NCBI GenBank assembly: GCA_015065135.1
Contig: SVQY01000008.1
Span: 1,264-65,263 of the forward strand
DNA length: 64,000 nt
Source of the DNA: Oscillospiraceae bacterium
Lineage (GTDB): Bacteria > Bacillota > Clostridia > Oscillospirales > CAG-272
Reading direction: 5' to 3'
Positions 15,953 to 25,280 of this stretch are shown here, in pieces. Within the stretch, counting starts at the first letter, position 1. Each line of letters begins with the position of its first letter. The notes below the pieces were generated by a model. That model made no database searches and was not told the origin of the DNA. It saw only the letters and a program-made list of their open reading frames with translations. Both the position numbers and the translations under genes were made by a program.

Positions 15953-17422
15953 GTGAAGGAAAGGTCGTTTGCCAAAAATTACGTCTTCAATCTCATCTAT
16001 CAGATCGTGGCGATCGCGCTGCCGCTGGTCACGACGCCCTATCTTTCCCGCGTTTTGGGGGCGGACGGTATCGGAAAATACTCCTTTGCCCAGTCTATCG
16101 TCTCCTATTTTGCGCTGTTTGCAGCGCTTGGCACCACGCTTTACGGGCAGCGGCAGGTGGCGAAGGTCAAGGATGACCCCGCCGCACGCAGCCGCGTGTT
16201 TTTCGAGGTGCTGATCTTCCGCTTCCTCGGCGTTCTGCTGGCCTGCGCCACCTATTGCTTCGGCGTGATGCTGAACGTCAACGAGCCGCTTTTATATGCG
16301 GTGGCGGCCATCGAGATCCTGACGGTGGCATTGGACATTACCTGGTTCTACCAGGGTGTGGAGGATTTCGGTATTATCGCCGTGGGCACCACGCTGGGGC
16401 GGCTTGCCGCAATGATCTGCGTGTTCTGCTTTGTGAAGCGCAAAGAGGATCTGGTGCTCTACATCTGCCTTTACTGTGCCTCGATCCTGCTGGGCAATCT
16501 GCTCTCCTGGATCGGCCTGCGCCGCTATCTGGTACGCATGAAAGGCATACGGTTGCGGATTTTGGTGCATTTGCTGCCGGCGCTGGCGCTGTTTGCCTCG
16601 CAATTTGCCATGCAGGTCTATACCGTGCTGGATAAGACGATGATCGGTCTGATCACCGGCTCGGATTTTGAAAACGGCTATTACGAGCAAAGTCAGAAGC
16701 TGGTAAAGGTGCTGATCGCGCTGGTGACCTCGCTGGGTGCGGTGATGGCCTCCCGCGTGGCGGTGCTCTGGAATACCGATCGCAAAAAGGAGGTCTATCC
16801 GCTGCTGTACGGCTCCTTCCGCTTGGTCTTCGCGCTGGGGCTGCCGATGGCGGTGGGTGTCACACTGATCCTCTCTCGCTTCGTGCCGGTCTTTTACGGC
16901 GGCGGCTTTGAGCCGGTGATCCCCATCATCACGGTGCTGACGCTCATGTTCCCGATCCTTGGCTGCAGCAACGTCATCGGTATCCAGTATCTGGTACCGA
17001 CCGGCAGAGAAAGGTGGCTGACGGTATCGGTTTTGTGCGGTGCCGCGGCAAACGTGGTGTTGAATTTTTTCTTTATCCATATTTGGCAGGCAATGGGCGC
17101 CGCCATCGCCTCGGTCATTGCCGAGCTGGTGGTCACGGCAGTCCAGTTCATCGTGGTCAGAAAAGAGATCCGCGTGTGGCCGGTCCTGAAGCTGTTTTTG
17201 CGTTATCTGGCCTTTTCTGCCGTAATGGGGGCTGCGGGCTACGGCCTCACCCTGGTGGCGCCGGGCGGTATTCTCGGCATCACGCTGATCGTGCTGCCCT
17301 GCGTGGCACTCTACGGCGTGCTGCTGCTGATCACAAAGGATCCGATCTTCCAATTCTTCCGTTCGCGCAAAATGGCATCCGAGACAGATGAGAAAAAACA
17401 AGAAAGTAGGGAAACGGTATGA
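15953..17422 (+). CDS. polysaccharide flippase (Wzx-like, MOP superfamily)
   Basis: GTG at 15953 after AAGGAGG; NYVFNLIYQIVAIALPLVTTPYLSRVLGADGIGKYSFAQSIVSYF is a typical Wzx N-terminus; about 14 TM segments. Confidence 0.75.
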   Translation: MKERSFAKNYVFNLIYQIVAIALPLVTTPYLSRVLGADGIGKYSFAQSIVSYFALFAALGTTLYGQRQVAKVKDDPAARSRVFFEVLIFRFLGVLLACATYCFGVMLNVNEPLLYAVAAIEILTVALDITWFYQGVEDFGIIAVGTTLGRLAAMICVFCFVKRKEDLVLYICLYCASILLGNLLSWIGLRRYLVRMKGIRLRILVHLLPALALFASQFAMQVYTVLDKTMIGLITGSDFENGYYEQSQKLVKVLIALVTSLGAVMASRVAVLWNTDRKKEVYPLLYGSFRLVFALGLPMAVGVTLILSRFVPVFYGGGFEPVIPIITVLTLMFPILGCSNVIGIQYLVPTGRERWLTVSVLCGAAANVVLNFFFIHIWQAMGAAIASVIAELVVTAVQFIVVRKEIRVWPVLKLFLRYLAFSAVMGAAGYGLTLVAPGGILGITLIVLPCVALYGVLLLITKDPIFQFFRSRKMASETDEKKQESRETV

Positions 17423-18699
17423 GAAAAGTGACGTTTCAGAAGGAACTTGTCGAGAAAAGGCACTACGATCTGATCGTTTGTGGCGGCGGTGTTGCCGGCG
17501 TAGCCGCGGCGGTGACTGCTGCCAATCGCGGTCGCTCGGTGCTGCTGATCGAAAAATCCAATATTCTGGGCGGCCTTGCCACCCTGGGGCGCATCAATCT
17601 GTTTGTGCCGATGTGCAACGGCAGGGGCAAGCAGATCATCTTCGGCCTTTGCGAGAAATGGACGCGGATGAGCGCCAAATACGGCTATGACACCATTCCT
17701 GCCGAATGGCGGGACGGTGAGCCCAAGACGTATACCGAAAAACGCTACACGCAACGCTTTTCTCCGTACATTTTTGCCTTTCAGCTAAACGAGGAGATCA
17801 AGGCAAGCGGCGCGGATATCCTGCTGGACTGTATGGCCTGCGATCCCGTGATGGAGGGGAATGTGTGCCGCGGTGTGATCACCGAGAGCAAGTCGGGCAT
17901 GGAGCTGTACGGCTGCGAGATGCTGATCGATGCCACGGGCGACTGTGACGTGCTGCGCCGCGCAGGCGTGCCTACGGTGGCAGGGCAGAATTTTTATACC
18001 TATGGCGTGACCGCCATCAGTCTTGACAGTATGCGTACCGCGCTGGAGACCGGCGACATCCGCAAGGCCTACACCGGCATCTCGGGCGGCAGCATCAATC
18101 TGTTTGGCGACAATCAGCCTGCGGATGTGCCTCGTTGGTCGGGACTCACCGCCGAGGAGGTCACCGACTACCTGCTGACGATGCAACAGAATGTGTTGGA
18201 TAAGCTGAAGAAGACCGATCGCAGATCCCGCGATGTGGCGGTGATGCCGATGATGCCGCAGTTTCGCACCACGGCGCATATCGTGGGTGACTATTCGCTA
18301 AAGGTGGCGGATGCCTATCGCCATTTTGATGATGCGGTGTGTGCTATCAATGATTTCGAGCATCGCGATCATCTCTTTGAGGTGCCGCTGCGCACTCTTT
18401 GCCGCCGCGATCATCCCAATCTGATGGCGGTGGGACGTGGGGCTGACGGTACCGGCTACGGCTGGGATCTGCTGCGTGTCATTCCGCCGGCGATCCTGAC
18501 GGGCCAGGCTGCTGCGCACGCTGCCTGCCACGCCATAGAGGAAAAGACCGCCGTTGTCGCCGTTGACATCAAAAGACTGCAAACGGTATTGGAAAAGGAC
18601 AATATGATGGTGCATTTCCCGGATGCGTATCTGCCCGAGGATCGCACCGTGGTCATCCACGGCAAGAACGCCGCCGAGATCGAGGGCGGCCACTTATAA
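17419..18699 (+). CDS. FAD-dependent oxidoreductase (GxGxxG flavoprotein, PF12831-like)
   Basis: YDLIVCGGGVAGVAAAVTAANRGRSVLLIEKSNILGG dinucleotide fold; ATG overlaps the flippase stop (ATGA). Confidence 0.65.
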   Translation: MRKVTFQKELVEKRHYDLIVCGGGVAGVAAAVTAANRGRSVLLIEKSNILGGLATLGRINLFVPMCNGRGKQIIFGLCEKWTRMSAKYGYDTIPAEWRDGEPKTYTEKRYTQRFSPYIFAFQLNEEIKASGADILLDCMACDPVMEGNVCRGVITESKSGMELYGCEMLIDATGDCDVLRRAGVPTVAGQNFYTYGVTAISLDSMRTALETGDIRKAYTGISGGSINLFGDNQPADVPRWSGLTAEEVTDYLLTMQQNVLDKLKKTDRRSRDVAVMPMMPQFRTTAHIVGDYSLKVADAYRHFDDAVCAINDFEHRDHLFEVPLRTLCRRDHPNLMAVGRGADGTGYGWDLLRVIPPAILTGQAAAHAACHAIEEKTAVVAVDIKRLQTVLEKDNMMVHFPDAYLPEDRTVVIHGKNAAEIEGGHL

Positions 18700-18707
18700 G
18701 GGACGAG

Positions 18708-18740
18708 GCAGGGGGAGCTTTTGCAAAAAGCTCCCCCTGC
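18708..18740 (+). terminator. terminator after the FAD oxidoreductase gene
   Basis: GCAGGGGGAGC-TTTTGCAAAA-GCTCCCCCTGC; weak T-tract. Confidence 0.55.
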
Positions 18741-18784
18741 CTCCTTTAAAAGCGAAAAAACGCATACCGTTAGTGGGGTAAATA

Positions 18785-18821
18785 TAAAAAAGCGGCTCGC
18801 CCCTTAGGGCGAGCCGCTTTT
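18785..18821. terminator. bidirectional terminator (serves the GH127 gene)
   Basis: AAAAAA + AGCGGCTCGCCC-CTTA-GGGCGAGCCGCT + TTTTG. Confidence 0.75.
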
Positions 18822-18823
18822 GC

Positions 18824-20653
18824 TTAATCTTTATAGCGGCACCAGACCAGCATATCGGTCTCACCGCGGTTGGCGAAGGCATAATAGGGAATCAGCGAAA
18901 TGCGCGTTTTTTCGTACACGTTGTCGACTTTTTGGAACAATCCGCCGGCTTTTGGTGCGGAAATGAGTGCGTCAACGGTGATGCGTGTGAGACCTGTTAG
19001 CGGGTCAAGCTCCTCGGTGGCGTTCATCTCGGGCACCAGCACAAGGCGGTGCAGATTTACGGGATTGTCGATACGCTCAGCGCAATAAACAATGGGGCCA
19101 CGCATCAATGCGACCTTGCCTGCGCTCTCGTCTACCTCAGCGTGAGCGGAATAATAAACGGGCTTCATTTCAAAGTCAAGTTCCACCGTGGTGGGGGCTT
19201 CCATATAGGCGTAGCCGTCCTTCACGGTCACGGGCACGTTGCATTTGTAGCTCTCGCACCAGCCGGGAATGCGCACGGCGGCGCGCTTCACGCCCGCAAA
19301 GGTCAGGGTGACCTTGCCGTTTTGCGGGTATTTGGTCTTTTGTGTCACGGTGGCACCGCCCTCGCTCCAAGTGCTGTCAGCAAACTGATCGACATAGTAA
19401 ACGCCGTTCGCAACGTGATAGAGGTAGCGCTCAAAGCTGGAGAACAAGCGGGTCAGATTGGGTGGGCAGCAGGAGCACTTGAATACCTCCACACGCTGGG
19501 TGATGGGGTATTTCTCCTCCTTGGGATTGAATCTTGTGCGCACGTGATTCTTCACGTTGATCTCAAGAGGGTTCTCATAGAAGAAGCTTTTGCCGTCCAG
19601 CGAAACACCGGAGAGCATACCGTTGTAGAGCTGGCGCTCGATCACGTCGGCAAACACCCCCTTGTGCTCCTGCTCCAGCATACGCTGCGCAAAGAACATC
19701 ATGCCGATCGAAGCACAGGTCTCATTATAGGTGCGTTCAGCAGGCAGGTCGTAGGCAAGGGTGAACGCCTCGCCGACACGGATGGAGCCAAGACCGCCGG
19801 TGATGTGCATTTTCCTGGTGGTGGCATCCTCGAAAAGGGCGTAGCAGGCCTTGCGCAAGGTCTCGTCACCCGTCTCGGCATACAGATCCGCCATTGCGCA
19901 ATAGAGGTACATGGCGCGCACGGCGTGACCGTCAGCCTCAAGCTGCTCGCGCACGGGAATGTGGCTTTGCGCATAAGCGGTAGTGCCGAGATAGTGATAA
20001 GAGCGTCCGTGCACGATGTTCTTGTCGCGCTCGCTGGTGCCGCGGGTGTTGACGAAATAAGCTGCCAGATCCAGATATTTCTTCTTGCCGGTGGCGCGGT
20101 AGAGGCGAACCAGAGCCAGCTCGATCTCCTCATGTCCGGGGGTGTCGAAGACGGCGCTGTGCTCCACGCGGAAGATGCGATCCACCAGCTCCACGTACTT
20201 CTCCATCATACGAAGGAAGCGATCCCTGCCGGTGGCGTAGTAGTAGGCAACGGCGGCCTCGATCAGGTGACCGCAGCAGTAAAGCTCGTGATGGTCACGG
20301 TTGGTGAAGCGATTTTCGGGCTCGACGGCGGTATAATAGCTGTTGAGATAGCCGTCCTCCCATTGGTTTGCTTCCATAGCATCAATGGCACGCTCGATCT
20401 TCTCCTCCAGCGCGGCATCGGGGTGCTTGGCAATGATATAGGCGGCGCCCTCGATCCATTTGGCCACGTCGCTGTCCCAGAAGATGTGGGGCTTGATCTC
20501 ATCCCCCTCCTTCCAGTTGCAATCCAGCGCGGCAAAGCGCCCGGTATCGGCAAAACGGTCGTAGACAGCGTTGATGGTCACCTTTCGGTTTTTCTCCTGC
20601 AGATCGTGCAAAAATCCGCCGGCGATAGTAACCTCATTGAAACGAAAATCCAT
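18824..20653 (-). CDS. glycoside hydrolase family 127 (beta-L-arabinofuranosidase-like, DUF1680)
   Basis: ATG at 20653 after AAAAGGAGGA; MDFRFNEVTIAGGFL...FWDSDVAKWIEG...CSCCPPN (GH127 Cys cluster). Confidence 0.8.
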   Translation of the reverse strand: MDFRFNEVTIAGGFLHDLQEKNRKVTINAVYDRFADTGRFAALDCNWKEGDEIKPHIFWDSDVAKWIEGAAYIIAKHPDAALEEKIERAIDAMEANQWEDGYLNSYYTAVEPENRFTNRDHHELYCCGHLIEAAVAYYYATGRDRFLRMMEKYVELVDRIFRVEHSAVFDTPGHEEIELALVRLYRATGKKKYLDLAAYFVNTRGTSERDKNIVHGRSYHYLGTTAYAQSHIPVREQLEADGHAVRAMYLYCAMADLYAETGDETLRKACYALFEDATTRKMHITGGLGSIRVGEAFTLAYDLPAERTYNETCASIGMMFFAQRMLEQEHKGVFADVIERQLYNGMLSGVSLDGKSFFYENPLEINVKNHVRTRFNPKEEKYPITQRVEVFKCSCCPPNLTRLFSSFERYLYHVANGVYYVDQFADSTWSEGGATVTQKTKYPQNGKVTLTFAGVKRAAVRIPGWCESYKCNVPVTVKDGYAYMEAPTTVELDFEMKPVYYSAHAEVDESAGKVALMRGPIVYCAERIDNPVNLHRLVLVPEMNATEELDPLTGLTRITVDALISAPKAGGLFQKVDNVYEKTRISLIPYYAFANRGETDMLVWCRYKD

Positions 20654-20748
20654 AATGTCCTCCTTTTTCGGTGGTGTGGCTTCAGCTCCATTATACAGAT
20701 TTTTGACGGCGCCGACAATTCCAAAAAACGATATTTGGTGCAAAAAGA

Positions 20749-20784
20749 TGACAAAACCGCCCCGCTGACACGGCGGGGCGGTTT
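20749..20784 (-). terminator. terminator after the GH78-like gene
   Basis: On the minus strand: AAACCGCCCCGCC-GTGTCA-GCGGGGCGGTTT followed by TGTCATCTTTTT. Confidence 0.7.
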
Positions 20785-20787
20785 GAA

Positions 20788-22713
20788 TCATTTCAAAATG
20801 TGATAGTAATAAACAGGCATGGCGCTCCAGCCGTGGCAGAGGCTGCCCGCATTTTGAAAATCGGCCTCGCCCTGCTCGGTCTCCCAGACGGTGCCGAGGC
20901 CAAGCTCCACCATTGGGCGGTAGGTCTGTTCGATCTTTTCTAATACGTATGGCCGAAATCGTGCAAAATCGGTCTGTAGCAGCGCATCAAAGACAAAGCA
21001 TTGCATACTGACCGAAATGGGGGTCAACGACCGGTCAAAGGCAAGCTTTTCGCATACCGTTATGGCATTTTCGCCGCGGATCACGCCGCAAAGCACGGCC
21101 AGCGCGTTGCCAAGAGCGCTATAGGTCTTTTCGGGCACATTGCGGTCAAAGCAAAGCTGCTTTTTGTTGTCAAAAAAGTTATTTGCTATCTGCTCATTCA
21201 AGCGGTCTGCGATCGCGCGGTAGCCGTGAGCAACCTCCAACGCGTCCGAAATATCAGCCATGTGCTGCAGTGCCAGGGATAGCAGCGCGTTCAGCGGCAG
21301 GTCCGGCACCGTGCGGTCGATGCTCTTGCCCCCGTCCAGCCCCGGGCGCCATTCGTAAAAATTCCAATGCTGCGCATCCGGAAAGGGCGGTATCAGAGCG
21401 TTACCGTTGTCGCACCGCCGCAAAAAGACCTGTAGCACGCTTTGCAGCTTCGGGTAGATGCTCCGCAAAAAATCGATGTCGCCGCTATAGTGCAGATACT
21501 CGGCGCATTCGGTAAAATAATGGAGCGAAAAGGAGGGGATTGCCAGTGGCTCACGGGAGGGGCAGCAGATGGAAAGCAGTCCGTCGGGGCGGTCGTCCGC
21601 CGCAATCAGCTCCAGATTGGCACGGGGAAACCCGGTCTCACCAAAGGCAAAGTAGCCGCACAGCATCTGGTTGCGGCTATCCATGCAGTAAAGCGCCTGC
21701 TCCCGCCAGGGGCAGTCCTCATAATGCTCGTGCATACAAAGGCGCAGGGTGTTCACGCAGATGTCGTAGATCTCCTTTGCCTTGGGGGCAAGGGGCGGAG
21801 GCGGCAGCTCGCGCAGAGGATAAGTGGTGGGGCATACCGCGACCTCACAGTGGGCGAGCGGTGCCTCGGCGCTTATCTCCAGATAGCGGCAGCCCAGACG
21901 GCGAAAGGGGTTGAGATAGCAGGTCTCCCCCTCGCGCACAGTGATCTCTGCCGAGAAGTCTCGCTTGCCGATAAGCCGCCGCACCCGTCCGTCGGAGATA
22001 TGCTCCCCCCAGGAAACGGTCAGGCGCTGCGCGGTGGGAGAGGTGACTCTCAGCTGCAAAAATCCGACGGTGTTCTGACCCAGATCGAACAGGAGCGCAC
22101 CGTCCTCCAGCTGCTTTGTGAGAGTGCCGCTGCGCGGCTCTTCCAACCGCAGCTTTTCACAGGGACGGGGCCGCAAGGGGAGGTCTTGCTCTACCACCGT
22201 GCTATCGGCAAAGCCGTGTAGCTCGCCCTGCTTCCATCCATCCTCCTGGGTGGCATCATAGGCAAAGCCAAGCCCCATTTGGGCGGTGATCTTTTTGCGG
22301 CGGTGATTTTCGTATGCAGGGCTGATGCGAGAGCGGATGTGGGTGTCCGATTGGGCAAGCACACCGTCCTTACCAATCAACGCAAAAAGCAAGCCGGCAT
22401 GCCCCGGATAATAGGACATATTGCCGTCGCCGTAGTACCACACCACGATGGCGAGATGATTTTCTCCCTTTTGACAATAGGAGGAAATGTCCACCGTATC
22501 ATAGATCTTATCGTAGGGATAATCGTGATACTGACCAAAGGCACAGAGCGTGCCGTTCAGATACACCGCATAGTCGCTGTCCGCCGAGATGTGGAGCGTG
22601 GCGCTGCCTTCATTATAAGAGAAGGTGGTGTAAAACTCGCCGTACTCGTCGGGCTGCGGTGTCTCGTTGCACCAGATCCATTTTGCGCATTTCAAGGGAT
22701 TTTTCTCACTCAT
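20788..22713 (-). CDS. alpha-L-rhamnosidase-like (GH78-like six-hairpin) glycoside hydrolase
   Basis: ATG at 22713 after GGAGGTG; the N-terminal KWIW...ADSDYAVYLNG beta-sandwich and C-terminal GSLCHGWSAMP resemble bacterial rhamnosidases; no signal peptide. Confidence 0.55.
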   Translation of the reverse strand: MSEKNPLKCAKWIWCNETPQPDEYGEFYTTFSYNEGSATLHISADSDYAVYLNGTLCAFGQYHDYPYDKIYDTVDISSYCQKGENHLAIVVWYYGDGNMSYYPGHAGLLFALIGKDGVLAQSDTHIRSRISPAYENHRRKKITAQMGLGFAYDATQEDGWKQGELHGFADSTVVEQDLPLRPRPCEKLRLEEPRSGTLTKQLEDGALLFDLGQNTVGFLQLRVTSPTAQRLTVSWGEHISDGRVRRLIGKRDFSAEITVREGETCYLNPFRRLGCRYLEISAEAPLAHCEVAVCPTTYPLRELPPPPLAPKAKEIYDICVNTLRLCMHEHYEDCPWREQALYCMDSRNQMLCGYFAFGETGFPRANLELIAADDRPDGLLSICCPSREPLAIPSFSLHYFTECAEYLHYSGDIDFLRSIYPKLQSVLQVFLRRCDNGNALIPPFPDAQHWNFYEWRPGLDGGKSIDRTVPDLPLNALLSLALQHMADISDALEVAHGYRAIADRLNEQIANNFFDNKKQLCFDRNVPEKTYSALGNALAVLCGVIRGENAITVCEKLAFDRSLTPISVSMQCFVFDALLQTDFARFRPYVLEKIEQTYRPMVELGLGTVWETEQGEADFQNAGSLCHGWSAMPVYYYHILK

Positions 22714-22879
22714 TGGGAACACCTCCACCAAAAGTTGGAAAGACTATGGTTCTGTAAATAAAAAATATAGAAACAAATACAAAATATTTGGAAAATACGA
22801 AAATAAATTTAGAAAACGCTTTCTTTGTGCTTGCATAAGGCTTTCGGGAGGGGCAGGTGCATTGTTTTTTGCAAAGGCA

Positions 22880-22926
22880 AAAAACAAGAAGATGGGAACC
22901 CCTTTTGCAAAAGGGGTTCCCATCTT
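22880..22926 (-). terminator. terminator after gpmI
   Basis: AAGATGGGAACCCC-TTTTGCAAA-AGGGGTTCCCATCTT with a T-tract on the minus strand. Confidence 0.75.
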
Positions 22927-22935
22927 CCTATGATC

Positions 22936-24591
22936 TTACTTTACCTCGATGATGCTTTCGTCCCACATAGCGGGTGCGGCATAGCCCATCAGGTTGACCA
23001 TGGTGGCTGCCACGTTGGAAAGACCGAACTTACCCTCGTCAGCCTTGATGCTGTAGGCGTTCTTGGCATCGGTGTTGTCATAGATGATGCAAGGAACCTT
23101 ATTCAGGGTGTGGCTGGTCTTTGCCTTGTAGTTGCCGTTCTTATCCTGCTTGGGAGCGCCCTTCTTGTCTACCTCATACATCTCATCGGCGTTGCCGTGG
23201 TCGGCGGTGATCAGTGCCACGCCGCCCAGACGGTCGATGACGGGCAGCAGTCTGCCCAGCTGCAGGTCCAGCGCCTCCATAGAGCAGCGGGTAGCTGCCA
23301 GAGAGCCGGTGTGGCCCACCATGTCGCCGTTGGGGAAGTTGACGCGCAGGTACTTGTAAGCACCGCTTTCCAGGCACTCGATCAGCTTGTCGGTGATCTC
23401 GGCGCACTTCATCCAGGGGCGCTGCTCAAAGGGAACCACGTCGGAGGGAACCTCGATATAGGTCTCCAGCTTGTCGGAGAACTTGCCCGACTTGTTGCCG
23501 TTCCAGAAGTAGGTCACGTGACCGTATTTCTGGGTCTCGGAAATAGCCAGCTGAGAAACACCGGTGTCGGCAAGGTACTCGCCCATGGTGTTGGTGATCT
23601 CAGGAGGATTGACCAGGAACTTTTTCGGGATGTGCAGGTCGCCGTCATACTCCAACATACCGGCGTAGATCACGTTGGGCACACGCACGCGGTCAAACTT
23701 GTCAAAGTCCGCGCCGCCGTCAAAGGCCTTGGAGATCTCGATGGAGCGGTCACCGCGGAAGTTGTAGAAGATCACGCTGTCGCCGTCCTCAACGGTGCCG
23801 ATGGCCTTGCCGTCCTTGGCGATGACGAAGGGGGGCAGATCCTGGTCGATCACAGAAAGCTCTGCGCGGTAGGTCTTAACAGCCTCTGCGGCAGATGCGA
23901 ACTGACGACCCTCGCCCAGCACGTGGGTTTTCCAGCCAAGGTCGACCATGCTCCAGTCAGCCTCGTAGCGGTCCATGGTGATCTTCATACGGCCGCCGCC
24001 GCTGGCAATGGCAATGTCAAAGCTCTCGTCGCGCAGATCGGCGATGAAGGCCTCGAAGGGCTCGATATAATCCAGAGCGGAGGTCTCGCCCACGTCACGA
24101 CCGTCGATCAGGGTGTGGATGCGAACGGTAGCCACGCCCTCCTTCTTGGCCTGCACCAGCATAGCCTTCAGATGGTCGATGTGAGAATGCACGTTGCCGT
24201 CGGAGAACAGACCGAGGAAATGAAGGGTGCCGCCGGAGGCCTTCACGCCGCCGATCAGCTCCTTCCAGGTTGCGCTTTCAAACATTTTGCCCGACTCGAT
24301 GGAGTTGGAGACCAGCTTGGCGCCCTGTGCGAACACCTGGCCGGCGCCGAGGGCATTGTGACCCACCTCGGAGTTGCCCATATCGTCATCGGAGGGCAGA
24401 CCGACGGCGGTGCCGTGTGCACGGAGTGCAACCATGGGGTATTCAGCCATCAGGCGATCCAGTACGGGGGTATAAGCGGTCTTGACCGCGTTACCGGGGC
24501 CGTCGGGCGCGATGCCGACGCCGTCCATGACGATGGTGACAACGGGGCCCTTAACGCCGGAAAAGTTGGCGAGAGAATTGAGCTTTGCCAT
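22936..24591 (-). CDS. gpmI: 2,3-bisphosphoglycerate-independent phosphoglycerate mutase (long ~550-aa form)
   Basis: ATG at 24591; VMDGVGIAP...MGNSEVGHNALGAG...FSDGNVHSH...TADHGNA are iPGM metal and phosphoserine motifs. Confidence 0.85.
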   Translation of the reverse strand: MAKLNSLANFSGVKGPVVTIVMDGVGIAPDGPGNAVKTAYTPVLDRLMAEYPMVALRAHGTAVGLPSDDDMGNSEVGHNALGAGQVFAQGAKLVSNSIESGKMFESATWKELIGGVKASGGTLHFLGLFSDGNVHSHIDHLKAMLVQAKKEGVATVRIHTLIDGRDVGETSALDYIEPFEAFIADLRDESFDIAIASGGGRMKITMDRYEADWSMVDLGWKTHVLGEGRQFASAAEAVKTYRAELSVIDQDLPPFVIAKDGKAIGTVEDGDSVIFYNFRGDRSIEISKAFDGGADFDKFDRVRVPNVIYAGMLEYDGDLHIPKKFLVNPPEITNTMGEYLADTGVSQLAISETQKYGHVTYFWNGNKSGKFSDKLETYIEVPSDVVPFEQRPWMKCAEITDKLIECLESGAYKYLRVNFPNGDMVGHTGSLAATRCSMEALDLQLGRLLPVIDRLGGVALITADHGNADEMYEVDKKGAPKQDKNGNYKAKTSHTLNKVPCIIYDNTDAKNAYSIKADEGKFGLSNVAATMVNLMGYAAPAMWDESIIEVK

Positions 24592-24769
24592 AATTTTATA
24601 TCCTTCCTTTGGTAAAAATTTCATACATAATTATTATACCGCTTTTTGCGCTCAAATGCAAGAGGGGGAAGGAAAATATTTATAGCGTCAGCCGAAAGTA
24701 ATGTTGCTTGACAAAGTGTGCCATATTATGATAGAATAAAATAAAGATGTGATCAATGGAGGGGGCAAA

Positions 24770-25261
24770 ATGAGGAAAAGCATAGCTTTGCTGATGCCTG
24801 TCGTATTATTGCTTGGTTGCCTATTGATGTCATGCGGGACAGGAAATTTTGTGTACCACATATTTGCGGATATTGAAGAATGCAAAAATTTTGAATTGAA
24901 TAAATCCGAGGGAGCAGAGGTTGTGCAGTATGAATCACCCGCCGCAGATGAGGCATTGCAGGATCTGCCATACAGCAAATTCTGGGCAGGATCATACACA
25001 TCACCTGAGCTTACTTTTGAAATTTTTGCATATGAATTTGCCGACAATGATACGGCAATGACATATTTTGAAAACGAAACGGGCGCTCGCATTGAGAACA
25101 AGGAGACCGTTTGGCGACTTTCGGGAGGCGTGACATCCAGCCGTTTGATCGTGATTGACGGTAAAAATGCGTATATTGCGCACACCGCGACCGCAGAGGT
25201 AGATGCTATGCGCGAATTTTTAAAAAAGAGCTTTACCAAGGAGCTTGATTTCGGCGCATAA
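24770..25261 (+). CDS. lipoprotein, unknown function
   Basis: ATG at 24770 after GGAGGGGG; MRKSIALLMPVVLLLGCLLMSCGTG has signal peptide plus lipobox; region has lower GC than its flanks. Confidence 0.6.
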   Translation: MRKSIALLMPVVLLLGCLLMSCGTGNFVYHIFADIEECKNFELNKSEGAEVVQYESPAADEALQDLPYSKFWAGSYTSPELTFEIFAYEFADNDTAMTYFENETGARIENKETVWRLSGGVTSSRLIVIDGKNAYIAHTATAEVDAMREFLKKSFTKELDFGA

Positions 25262-25280
25262 GAAGGATATTCACAGAAGG

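Noticed and set aside
19049-20803. 584-aa plus-strand ORF
   Set aside because: It is antisense to the GH127 gene. It has no RBS and no motifs.
22825-24615. 596-aa plus-strand ORF
   Set aside because: It is antisense to gpmI, which has unambiguous iPGM motifs. The translation is Gly/Val/Ala/His-rich with no start context. It is a shadow ORF.
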